Assembly (NCBI RefSeq): GCF_004010195.1
Contig: NW_025215150.1
Span: forward strand, 1 to 37,586
Origin: Chiloscyllium plagiosum
Lineage: Eukaryota
DNA: 37,586 bases
Reading direction: 5' to 3'
Shown here: piece by piece, positions 10,989 to 20,703 of the stretch
How positions within the stretch are numbered: the stretch's first letter is position 1
How the letters are laid out: each line of letters opens with the position of its first letter
The notes under the pieces: model-generated
Told to the model about the DNA's origin: nothing
The model's input: only the letters and a program-made list of their open reading frames with translations
The model's database searches: none
Translations under genes and position numbers: made by a program

Positions 10989-11811
10989 TACTCCCACTTT
11001 CTAGTAGTTGGCCCATAGCCTTGAATGTTACGACATTTGAAGTGCTCATACAAGCAATTTTAAAAAGGCTTTAACAGTTCCCTCCCAGGCAGCGCATTCC
11101 AGATTCCCACCACTTGATGTGAGAACCATTTTCCTCAAATCCCCGGTAAACCGCCTGCGTTCCACTTAAACATTGTGCCCTCTTTTTATAGGCCATTCAA
11201 CTAGGGGGAACAGTTGCTTTCTATCTACCCTCTCCGTGTCCCTCATACATCTCAAATCAAGTCCCATCTCACCCTTCTTTACTCTGAAAGAAAACATTCC
11301 AAGTTTATCCATACTCTCTTCACAGCTAAGCTTCTCCATCCCGGGCAACAACCTGGTAAATCTCCTCTGCAATCACATCCTTGCTTTAATATGGCAACCA
11401 GAACTGCATGCAGTATTCCAGCTGTGGCCTAACCAAAGTTCTCTACAGCTCCAACATAACCTCTCTGCTCTTATAATCTATGCCACAAATGATAGAGGCA
11501 AGTGCCTTCTTAACTATCCCATTAACTGGAACTGCCACCTTCAGGGATCTGTGGACAAATACCCCAAACTTCCTATTGGTCTGAGCTTCCCAGCATCCTA
11601 CCATTCTTTGAGTACTCCCTTGTCTTGCTACTGCTTCCAAAAGGCACCATGTCAGGGTAAAACTCCATCTGGAACCAGTCTGCCCATCTGATCAATCCTG
11701 TAATCTCAGACCTTCTTCACTAAGTCAGCTGGCCAATCTTTGTGTCACCCAAATTTACTTTTCTCATTTCCACGTTGTCATCTATATCATTTACTGTATA
11801 TATCTTATAGA

Positions 11812-11902
11812 CCTGAAGAAGGGTTACACCCGAAACGTTGACTTGTTCACCTTTTGATGTTGCCTGGCTTGCTGTGTTCTTCCAGCCTCCTGCCTGTCTA
11901 TT
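11812..11902 (+). mobile_element. Penelope-derived mini-element with hammerhead motif (GGGU/ACCC family)
   Basis: C CUGAAGA A GGGU UAC ACCC GAA ACGU U^ GAC followed by gatgttgcctggcttgctgtgttcttccagc pLTR-like tail. Confidence 0.75.
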
Positions 11903-12939
11903 CCAGTCACACAAACAACATTCTATCATTACTTTCTGTCTCCTACCAGTCACTGAATTTTGGATATAGATTGCCAAGTTATGTTGGCTTACATGTGTTT
12001 TTACCTTCTTTATCAGTTTCCCACATGGAATCTTGTTAAAGGCTTTGTTGAAATCCATATAAACTGCACTACCATCTACAAACTTGATCATCTCCTGAAA
12101 AAAATTCAATTAAATTTGTTTGCCAGGACCTCCCACTGACAAAGCCATGCTGACTACTTCTGATCAAACCTCTCCTCTCCAAATGAAGATGAATTCTTTC
12201 CTTCAATTTTCCCCAATAATTTTCCTACACTGATGTGAGATTCACGAATATGTAATTCCCTGATTTAGCTCTACCATCCTCTACTGACCAGATAGCGGAT
12301 CAGAACCTGTGTCCTGATGTCAAATTGCTCAAGAATCTCACAGTCCTGCTTCTGGAATTCTGTACCTACACCCTCCTTCTCCAAAGTGAAGGCAGACACC
12401 CTACCAATGTCCTCTGGTTCCATGCACAAGATTGTCCCCTTAGTCCCGAACATCTCCTACTCTTTCCCTGGTTATCCTCTTCCTCCACTATATTCATAAA
12501 ATACCTCTCTAATCTTACCTGCCAGTGTTTCTCATGCTCCCTCTTTGCTCTCCTATTTGCTTTTTGAAGATTTCCCCTTCACTTTCTACGCAACAGTAGG
12601 GGGTCTATCGATTTGAACTTGCTTCTAGCCAGCACCATTCCAAAGACCAAATGGAAAGGTGAAGGTAGAAAGTATCCAACTGTCCAGCTCACCACCCGAT
12701 ATCCAATCCTATTGGTTTCAATGGGATTCAATGGAGTATGTTGTGTGATGCTCACCACTACTAGCTTGGCAGGTTCCAGTATTTTGCTGCCACCCCCATG
12801 ATTTTCTTGACTGTGTCTAAGGACATAACTGATTTAAACTGGTACAGGAAACCCATTCATGACTCTACCGAGAAGAATGTCTTATCTTAAACAAGATGTA
12901 GTTTACTGAATTTATTTTTTATTGACACATGAGATGTGA

Positions 12940-13720
12940 CGTCACTAACTGTACAAGCATTTATTGTCCATCCTTGAGATGGTGGTGAGCTGCATTCTTG
13001 AACCGCTGCAGTCCATCTGCTGTAGGTAGATCTACAATGCCAATGGGAGGGACTTCCAGGATACTGCCCAAGCAACAGTGAAGGAAAAGTGGTATAAATT
13101 CCAGTCAAGCTGGTGATTGGCTTGGAGGGGAACCTGCAAACGTGGTGTTCCTATACATCTGCTGCCCTTGTCCTTCTAGGTGGGCGTGGTTGTGGGTTTG
13201 GAAGGTACTGCCTAAGGATCTTTGGTGAACTTATGTAGTAAATCCTATACATGGTATAGATTGCTGTTTCTGAGTATTGGTGGTAGAGGAAGTGAATGCT
13301 TGTGGATGTGGTACCAATCAAATGGATTACTTTGTCCTGGATGGTGCAAAGCTTCTTGAGTATTGTTGGATCTGTCTGCACTCATCCAGGCAAGTGGAGA
13401 GTATTCCTCACACTCATGACTTGCATGATGATGGACAAGCTTTGATGAGTTAAGTGGTGAGTTACTTGCTGCAGTATTCCTACTCTCTGATCTCCTCTTA
13501 GCCACTGTATTTATGTTACTAGTCCATTTGAATTTCTAGTCATTCGTAACCCCTAAGATGTTGATAATGGCGGGGGGGGGGAGGTTGGGAGTTTGGTGTT
13601 GGTAGCACCATTGAATGTCAAGGAGCAGTGATTAGATTGCCGCTTATTGGAAATGGTCATTATCTGGGATTTATGTGGTGCAAATGTTACTTACCACTTT
13701 TCAGCCCAAATCTGGATCTC
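12940..13720 (-). mobile_element. CR1-group LINE, second family, 3' fragment
   Basis: Minus-strand EYSPLAWMSA...ILKKLCTIQDKVIHLIGTTSTSIHFLYHQ (RT thumb region); same family at 16960-17990 and 33340-33835. Confidence 0.8.
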
Positions 13721-14275
13721 GTATTTAGTAGCTCTCATGCAGCAAGATCTGGACAAGTTCCATTAGTAAGTTAGACATTGTATTTGAGGCTATGAGGAAT
13801 CATGTGAAGAGTCTGACCTCTTCAAGATCCAAAGACGTTCCGCCATTTCTCTGCCCAAGTCCTTACGTGGTTATCAAATTGGGTTTGTGCTTAATGCATT
13901 CTCCAACAATAACCCTTTCAGAACCTTTATATAACACAGCAGCATGAAATACAGGTAGATGATGTAATAATACTCATTTTGTTACTGTTTGTGATCTTTT
14001 TCTCCACCTCTCTACTATAAGTTCACCATCCTCGCTGGTGATGTTGTCCATATAGCACAGAAAATATACCTTTTTTTGCAAACTTTTTTAGTTTTTGATT
14101 ATCTCTGTCCATTACCAACCATAAGAAAAACAAAATTACTCTTTACCTTACTATACACAAGCTTTGGCAATTAGTTGCTGATAAAAAACAGTTCTGAAAC
14201 ATTAAAAACGTCTTGGATACATCTTAGCAAGATCTATTTGCCTAGAAAATAAATAAAATACTATTAAAATTTACC

Positions 14276-14299
14276 TCAGTCTTGTTTTGTTGTGATTTC
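14276..14299 (-). CDS. TMEM71: TMEM71 probable last coding exon (EITTKQD*)
   Basis: Acceptor ctaatctgtgatgttttttttaaag then GAA ATC ACA ACA AAA CAA GAC TGA. Phase 0 matches the preceding exon, but it is too short for homology support. Confidence 0.4.
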   Translation of the reverse strand, partial: EITTKQD

Positions 14300-14709
14300 C
14301 TTTAAAAAAAACATCACAGATTAGTTCAATAAAAACTACAATTAATGTAGGACCTTACTTTTCTATTACATAATATTTGATATGACTGTGACAAAGGTGT
14401 CCTTGCCCTGTCCATTTTTGTCATTTATTATTTTTTTAGGATCTATTGCTGATCGCTAATTTCCCTTGAAGCAGCTCAGCCATTTAAGAAGATAATTAAG
14501 AGTCTAACATATTGCTGTAGATTTGGCAACATATGTAGATTAGGCAAGAGCAGCAAAAAGAAATTAGTGAGCCAAATGGGGTTTTATGACAACTGATGAT
14601 AGTCTTATGGTTAACATGATTGAGATTACAGTTTCCAGAATTGTTAATTGAATTCAAGTTCCATGAGTTGCTCTGGTGAGTTTTGGAATCATGTTAATTG
14701 GTAATGGAG

Positions 14710-14807
14710 CTGAAAATGTGTTGCTGGAAAAGCGCAGCAGGTCAGGCAGCATCCAAGGAACAGGAGAATCGACGTTTCGGGCATAAGCCCTTCTTCAGGA
14801 AATGAAG
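14710..14807 (-). mobile_element. Penelope-derived ~100-bp mini-element with hammerhead motif
   Basis: Minus: UC CUGAAGA A GGGC UUAU GCCC GAA ACGU C^ GA, then pLTR tail ...ttttccagcaacacattttcag. Perfect 14-bp TSD aattggtaatggag (14696-14709, 14808-14821). Confidence 0.85.
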
Positions 14808-15229
14808 AATTGGTAATGGAGAACAAGGAAATGACACAGCAATTAAACAATGACTTTAGTTCGGTCTTCACCAAAAACCCTTAAAGAAAAAGAGTCAGTA
14901 CAGACTGCCAAAAGGCCTGGTTTGGCTCTGCGGCAATTCTGTTATTCTTTGCATGCAAAAAGGCGGTGGCCATTTCACATTTGTGTGCACATCTGGATGA
15001 GTCTGTTTCATGTGTCTGTTTACCAAAGATGCATGCAAAAACAAACATCGAATTAATGACCCTGTTTGCTCTTCCAGAAACTTATTGGTCTTCTAATGCA
15101 AACAGCTGTCAATTGTGAGATACAGCATTGAACTGTATATCACTTGCAGTAATTTCCAATTCGTCATGTTTTGGAAAGCACTGTCACAGAATATGCATTG
15201 ACTAACAAGACAAGGGAGCACTGAGAATA

Positions 15230-15420
15230 TGCAGTGAGTAATTTCAGCCAGAGATAAGAAATATTTTTTCAGGGTGGTGAACCTGAATAGATTGATTTCA
15301 TGGGGTTTCAAGGAGTAGGAGGACAGACCTGGAGTATGGTGTTGAGATACAGGATCAGCCATGGCCATGCTTAATGGCAGAGAAGGCTCAATATGTCAAA
15401 AGGCCTGCTCCTACTCCAAT
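15230..15420 (+). mobile_element. Old CR1 3' end
   Basis: ttttttcagggtggtgaacctg...ggatcagccatggccatgcttaatggcagagaaggctc...ggcctgctcctactcc is a typical CR1 3'UTR. Confidence 0.65.
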
Positions 15421-15739
15421 TTTCTGATTTATATTTCATCTGCCCTAATATCACATCCTATATTTGGTTCGATACTGCACTTTGGTACATTTGATGGCAT
15501 TCAGAACTTTCATCACTGCAGCATTTTTACTTTCAATTTTGTTCTGAAGTAAAGGACACCTGCCAAGATGCATTCATATATATATCGTACGCCATAATAT
15601 CATTGCTAAGTGACGTTTTGTATATTTAAACCTTTAGAGCTTCAGGGGGCTGTTGAGACAGCAGAGGATGTTACTAATGCAGAAACTGTACCACTTCAGG
15701 AATAAGAAAAAATGGACGAGGGGTCCTGCTACTCCTAGC

Positions 15740-15953
15740 CTTCTTCCTGGCTGCTATTAGACAGATGAATGGACTTTCTAACCTCAAATAATGCTTTCTT
15801 GCTAACGCAGAATTTGCCGAGAGCATGCCCTATGCAATATAACCTGTATGCCTCTGTCTGAGTCTTTTTGGTCTATACATCATAGCATACCATGATCTGC
15901 TTGTACTATTTGCGAACAAAGCTTTTCACTCGTTACACGTGACAATCAATCAA
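15740..15953 (+). mobile_element. Rex/Babar-like LINE 3' end
   Basis: ttcttcctggctgctattagacagatgaatggac...acaaagcttttcact...acacgtgacaatcaatcaat; counterpart of 7452-7675. Confidence 0.5.
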
Positions 15954-16252
15954 TGGGAACTTTAGCACTTGACTTTTTAGACCTTTTGTGCTGTAATGCT
16001 GAGTTGAGCTTCCTCTTGACAAAATATATCTTGTGAGTCAATAAAACAACATGGCATTCCGATGTTAACCATTGCGTCAATCCTGGTCACTGGCTGGAAG
16101 GCCCACACAAACCTAGCAGTTCCACTTTAACTCTGCTACCAAGGCATGCTGCTAAAATCCAAAACAAATGCCAAAACTGGAACGTAGCCAATATACCTCA
16201 AAGCATTCAGCCAATAACCTCTGATACCTTTGCCGAACAAAAATTGAGCAAT

Positions 16253-16343
16253 GCTGAAAATGTGTTGCTGGAAAAGCACAGCAGATCAAGCAGCATCCAA
16301 GGAGCAGGAGAATCGACGTTTCGGGCATGATCCCTTCTTCAGG
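16253..16343 (-). mobile_element. Penelope-derived ~90-bp mini-element with hammerhead motif
   Basis: Minus: C CUGAAGA A GGG AUCAUG CCC GAA ACGU C^ GA. Same family as 14710-14807. 14-bp TSD aaaaattgagcaat (16239-16252, 16344-16357). Confidence 0.85.
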
Positions 16344-16959
16344 AAAAATTGAGCAATCCCAGTTTTGAAATGGCCGCGACAATAAGGTGGGGGGGGACAG
16401 TTCCTGATTTCCACAACTCCTTCTGTGAAGTGATTGTAATATCACAGAGACCTGAGCTCTCATTTAAGAATATTCCATTTTCTTCAGGAGTGTCTGTCAA
16501 CTCCTTTAATTATCATAACTGAAACAGTTAGATTATCTTTTAATCATCTCTGTTCAGGGGATCTAAACCTAGTCTCTGCAATGTGTCCTCATAATTGAAC
16601 TGTTTTAGCTCTGCTTAATTCTCATATATGTAAACACTATACTCCCCACTATCCTCCTTCCTTTTATATTCGTATTTTTAGAAATTTATTTTAATGGTCA
16701 TTTTATTTATGAATGGAGGCATAAAGAAAGGTACAGTGTTTATTCTTAATGCTTTAATTTAACTTGCTGATGAGGGACGAGGATGCAAGTACGATTCTTA
16801 CATTGAGTTTCATGGGACAATCTGATCCACTTAAGTTTCACTGAAAGATCCACTTTCAAGAACGCGACTTCAATTTTAAGCCAGGAATTGCCACTGCTCA
16901 GAGTTCCATCCAGCTATAAATGTAATTACCACAGCCTTGTTTCTATTGGGAATGAGCTG

Positions 16960-17990
16960 AATCAGCATTTATTGCCTATCCCTAAATGTCTCAGAGTGGG
17001 TAATAGTGAGTTGCCTTCTTGAACGGCTGCAATCTTCAGAGTGTAGGAAATTCTAAAATTTTGACCCACTGACACTAAAGGAACATTTTTCCAAGTCAGA
17101 CTGGTGAGTGGCTTGGAGAGGAACGTAGAGGTAATGTTTCCTGTAGCTGGTACTCTTCTTCTTTTAGATGGAATTGGTCATGGGTTTGGAAGATGCTGGC
17201 AGAGGACCCTCGGTGAGTTATACCAATGCATCACATTGATGGCACACACTGCTGCCACAGAGCGAAGTACATAAGTGTGGAAGTTGGTGGATGGGATACC
17301 AATAAATTGGGCTGCTTTAACCAATATGGTTTTGAGTGTCTTTAGTATTGTTAGAGCTGAGCCCATCCAGATAAATGGGGATTGAAGGGCAGGTGGTTGG
17401 GGAGGAGTAGAGAGCAAGGTGGTGGTATATTCTATCATGCTCCTGATGGACTGTGTAAATGTTGAACAGGCTTTAAGAGTCAGGAGCTGAGTTATGCACT
17501 GCAGGATTCCTGATCTCTGACCTGTTCTTTTTTTAGATTAGATTAGATTACTTACAGTGTGGAAACAGGCCCAGTCGCCTGAGGCAGGAATTGAACCCGG
17601 GTCTCAGGCACTGTGAGGCAGCAGTGCTAACCACTGTGCCACCATGCCGCTGTTTTTTGAGGTCACAATATTTGAATGGCTAGTCCAATTCAGTTTCTGG
17701 TTAATGGTGATCCTGGGATGTTGATAGTAGGGAATTTGGAATCATAATACCACTTAATGGTGAGAAGCAACAGTTAGATTCTTTAATTAGCTGGAGATGG
17801 CCATTATTTGGCTTGTGTAGTGTGAATGTTACTTTCCACTTGTCAGCCCAAACTGTGATGTTGTCCAGGTCTTGCTGCATTTGAACTTGGATCGTTTCAG
17901 TGTCTGATGAGCCACAAATGGTGCTGAACATTGTTCAACCATCAGCAACAGCCCCACTTCTAACATTATGAAGGAGGGAAGGCCATCTGG
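16960..17990 (-). mobile_element. CR1-group LINE, second family, degenerate 3' fragment
   Basis: Minus-strand QMQQDLDNITVWADKWKVTF and SVAAVCAINVMHWYNSPRVLCQHLPNP. Confidence 0.8.
17533..17650 (-). mobile_element. Internally deleted HE1-like SINE (tRNA head fused to LINE tail)
   Basis: Minus: gcggcatggtggcacagtggttagcactgctgcctcacagtgcctgagacccgggttcaattcctgcctcaggcgactg|ggcctgtttccacactgtaag(taatc)3. Flanks ctgttcttt/ctgtttttt. Confidence 0.85.
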
Positions 17991-18488
17991 TCCCCTTGAG
18001 AAAAAGGCCAACATGACCATTTATTTTAATCACTTTGGCCCCATTTCTGTTTTCATTCATGGGATGTGAGCATCAATGGCTAGGCCAACATTTTTTGACC
18101 CGAGGTCAGTCAATCATATTACTGGTCTGAAGTCACATGCCTGGCAGACAAAATGGGAAAGAACTTTTTCCTTCCCTGAAAGGAATTAGTGAACCAGCTG
18201 GGATTTTATGACAATTGACAGTAGTTGCATGGTAGCCATTTGGTTACCATTTATTGCCATTCACAAGCCCATTGCTCACTCACTGCTTCTAGTTTCTCAT
18301 CAATGATTGAACTTGTTGCCAACAGGAACAACAGAACGGAATAACTGGTAAATCCGGGAGCTCAAACTCATAAGCCATGTTTGGGATTCAAGTACTCTAC
18401 TCTACTGCTCATCTCCTGCAATCCCTATCCTTTTGGAATTAAATGACCAGTGGTCCCAAACTAAAATATTTGCAAATTGCTGTCCTAC

Positions 18489-18556
18489 CTCAGATTGTAC
18501 ATGGTCCAAGATATTGTGAGATTTAATAAAGCAGGGATATGCAGATTTTGCTGTGT
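18489..18556 (-). CDS. TMEM71: TMEM71 coding exon ((H)TAKSAYPCFIKSHNILDHVQSE)
   Basis: Acceptor tttttttccctttaaacag, donor GAG|gtagga; 68 bp, phase 1 to 0; open in frame after the second TM exon. Confidence 0.7.
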
Positions 18557-18662
18557 CTGTTTAAAGGGAAAAAAAAGATTGTGAATTAGAATTCAACTTC
18601 TCCAAAAGCCTGTTTTTAAATAAAAACCTTTCCAAGGGTGGTCTGTACGAAATATCACTTAC

Positions 18663-18727
18663 GCAGCACAGCTGCAAACACCAGCATAGTCATGAGTAAC
18701 GCAGCAACCGCTCCTCCAAGAAAGCAC
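18663..18727 (-). CDS. TMEM71: TMEM71 coding exon, TM helix 2 ((R)CFLGGAVAALLMTMLVFAAVL)
   Basis: Acceptor tttattgttgaacag, donor gtaagt; 65 bp, phase 2 to 1; resembles mammalian TMEM71 ARWFMGEILAS segment as recalled. Confidence 0.85.
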
Positions 18728-18822
18728 CTGTTCAACAATAAACACATCACACTGATGGTCAAAGAGCAAGTCACAAAACGCATGGTCAAAATCCACCTTC
18801 AGAAATCTCAGAATTACCATAC

Positions 18823-18898
18823 CTTGCAAACACGGCGACACATATTGAGAGGACCAAAATGATCAGGTGAAAAAAGAAATTCTTGACAGTCATAAAAT
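18823..18898 (-). CDS. TMEM71: TMEM71 coding exon, TM helix 1 ((D)FMTVKNFFFHLIILVLSICVAVFA(R))
   Basis: Acceptor ctctatttcag, donor AAG|gtatgg; 76 bp, phase 1 to 2; resembles recalled mammalian EVFFQAILLAVCLIISACAR. Confidence 0.85.
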
Positions 18899-19883
18899 CT
18901 GAAATAGAGCCAGTAAAACACTTTCAGTGGTACAGGTAGTAGAGGAGGTTTCAGTTGCAAAGAAGTGCTCATCTAAATGTAGCATGAAAAGTTATTCAAT
19001 ATAGCTATTAATTATGGAGATCAAACTGTATTTTACAAAGTTTATAAAGGCATCTTCCCATCTCAAATTCCATGTCCATCAGGTTCTGGATTTCATTCTT
19101 GTTGTCAGGCAGTAAGTATGTAACTCGGGCAAATGAGAAGACATATAAAAATCAAACACACAATGTATTGGTCATTTTTGTAACTTTCAGCATCGTCTTT
19201 ATCTTTACAACAGAAATCTCACTATTGTGAGAGTAACAGTGTAAACCGAGTTTCAGACCACAAACAGGTGTGTTAATTTTTCTTACACACAGAACACAAA
19301 GGAAACACTCCCATTAGGGTCTGAAGAAAACCTCTCGCCCTTGCTAGTTGTCAGTAGAAGGATTAAAAGTTAACTGCTTCCAAATTCGGCCAAGAGTCGA
19401 GATGATTGGAGAATTTCCTTGTCAATCATTCCTAGAGATTACTTTGATAGAAGTAACTGAATTTTGTGTTTTGATTTTATAATATAACTATATTTCACGC
19501 ATTGATTTTTTGCTGGAGAAATACTGTTGCTATGCACATTGGGATTATTTAATGATGTTTCTGAGTAAATTAAAGGTCACACTGCACCTCCAACTCATTG
19601 ATTAGCACAGTCAATAGTCACACCCTTTAAAACTGTGTCCATTTTGTAAACAAGTCAGAGCGAATGGTACAGAAAGGTCTCTCAAAAGGAAGGTGGCAGG
19701 TAAGTGCCCACGCCCCCTGAAATGAAAGATTAACTTTCAGGTTACTGTTGCAACAAAAGAGGAGCAAAAATAAATCTTAGGGGCATTAAGACCATCAGAA
19801 AATAGAAAGATGGTAATTTTCCGGATTGGATTACAAAGAGAATGCTTACTCTCTAATGGGTTTGGAAAGGTGGTTCATTGTGA

Positions 19884-20100
19884 ATGATGGAGAAAGTGAG
19901 GACTGCAGATGCTGGAGATCAGAGTCTGGAGTGTGGTGCTGGAAAAGTACAGCAGGTCAGGCACCATCTGAGGAGCCGGAGAATCAACGTTTCAAGCATA
20001 AGGCCTTCATCAGGAATGGGGCTTATGCCCGAAACATTGATTCTCCTGCTTTTCGGATGCTGCCGGGCCTACTGTGCTTTGCCAGCACCACACTCTCGAC
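19884..20100. mobile_element. Penelope-derived palindromic (fold-back) mini-element
   Basis: Arms ~19921-20002 and ~20020-20102 are imperfect reverse complements. Mutated HHR core (cctgatgaaggccttatgcttgaaacgttga) on - strand. 9-bp TSD tcattgtga (19875-19883, 20101-20109). Confidence 0.85.
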
Positions 20101-20180
20101 TCATTGTGAGGGTGCCCAACATCAGGCAGCAAATTGTGGCACCTTTCAAGATTCCTTTCTAGAAATCGCAACACAAATAA

Positions 20181-20692
20181 AGTCATAGAGTCATAGAGAT
20201 GTACAGCATGGAAACAGACCCTTCGGTCCAACCCGTCCATGCTGACCAGTTATCCCATCCCAACCTAGTCCCACCTGCCAGCGCCCGGACCATATCCCTC
20301 CAAACCCTTCCTATTCGTATACCCATCCAAATGCCTCTTAAATGTTGTAATCGTACTAGCCTCTACCATTCTTCTGGCAGCTCATTCCATACACGTACCA
20401 CCCTCTGTGTGAAAAAGGTGCCCCTTAGTTCTCTTTTATATCTTTGCCTTCTCACCCTAAACCTCTGCCCTCTAGTGCTGGTCTCCCCCACCCCAGGGAA
20501 GAGACTTTGTCTATTTATCCTATCCATACGCCTCATGATTTTATAAACCTCTATAAGGTCACTCCTCAGACTCCGATTTTCCAGGGAAAACAGCCCTAGT
20601 CTATTCAACCTCTCCCTATAGCTCAAATCCTCCAACTCTGGCAACATCCTTGTAAATCTTTTCTGAACCTTTTCAAGTTTCACAACATCCTT
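20181..20692 (-). mobile_element. CR1 LINE 3' fragment
   Basis: ORF 20363-20683 KLEKVQKRFTRMLPELEDLSYRERLNRLGLFSLE...; tail (ctctatga)n on - strand. Confidence 0.95.
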
Positions 20693-20703
20693 GTTCCAAC
20701 TAC

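Larger units (their letters stand above)
10655..12580 (-). mobile_element. Old, degenerate CR1 LINE with nested SINE and Penelope piece
   Basis: Minus-strand fragments [41 protein letters not shown]; many stops and indels. Confidence 0.85.

Noticed and set aside
14203..14274. Alternative terminal exon (acceptor ttttctag at ~14242, ...QIDLAKMYPRRF*) spliced from a GT at 14274
   Set aside because: The implied intron is only ~33 nt, too short for vertebrate splicing, and the phase-0 reading already stops at 14276.
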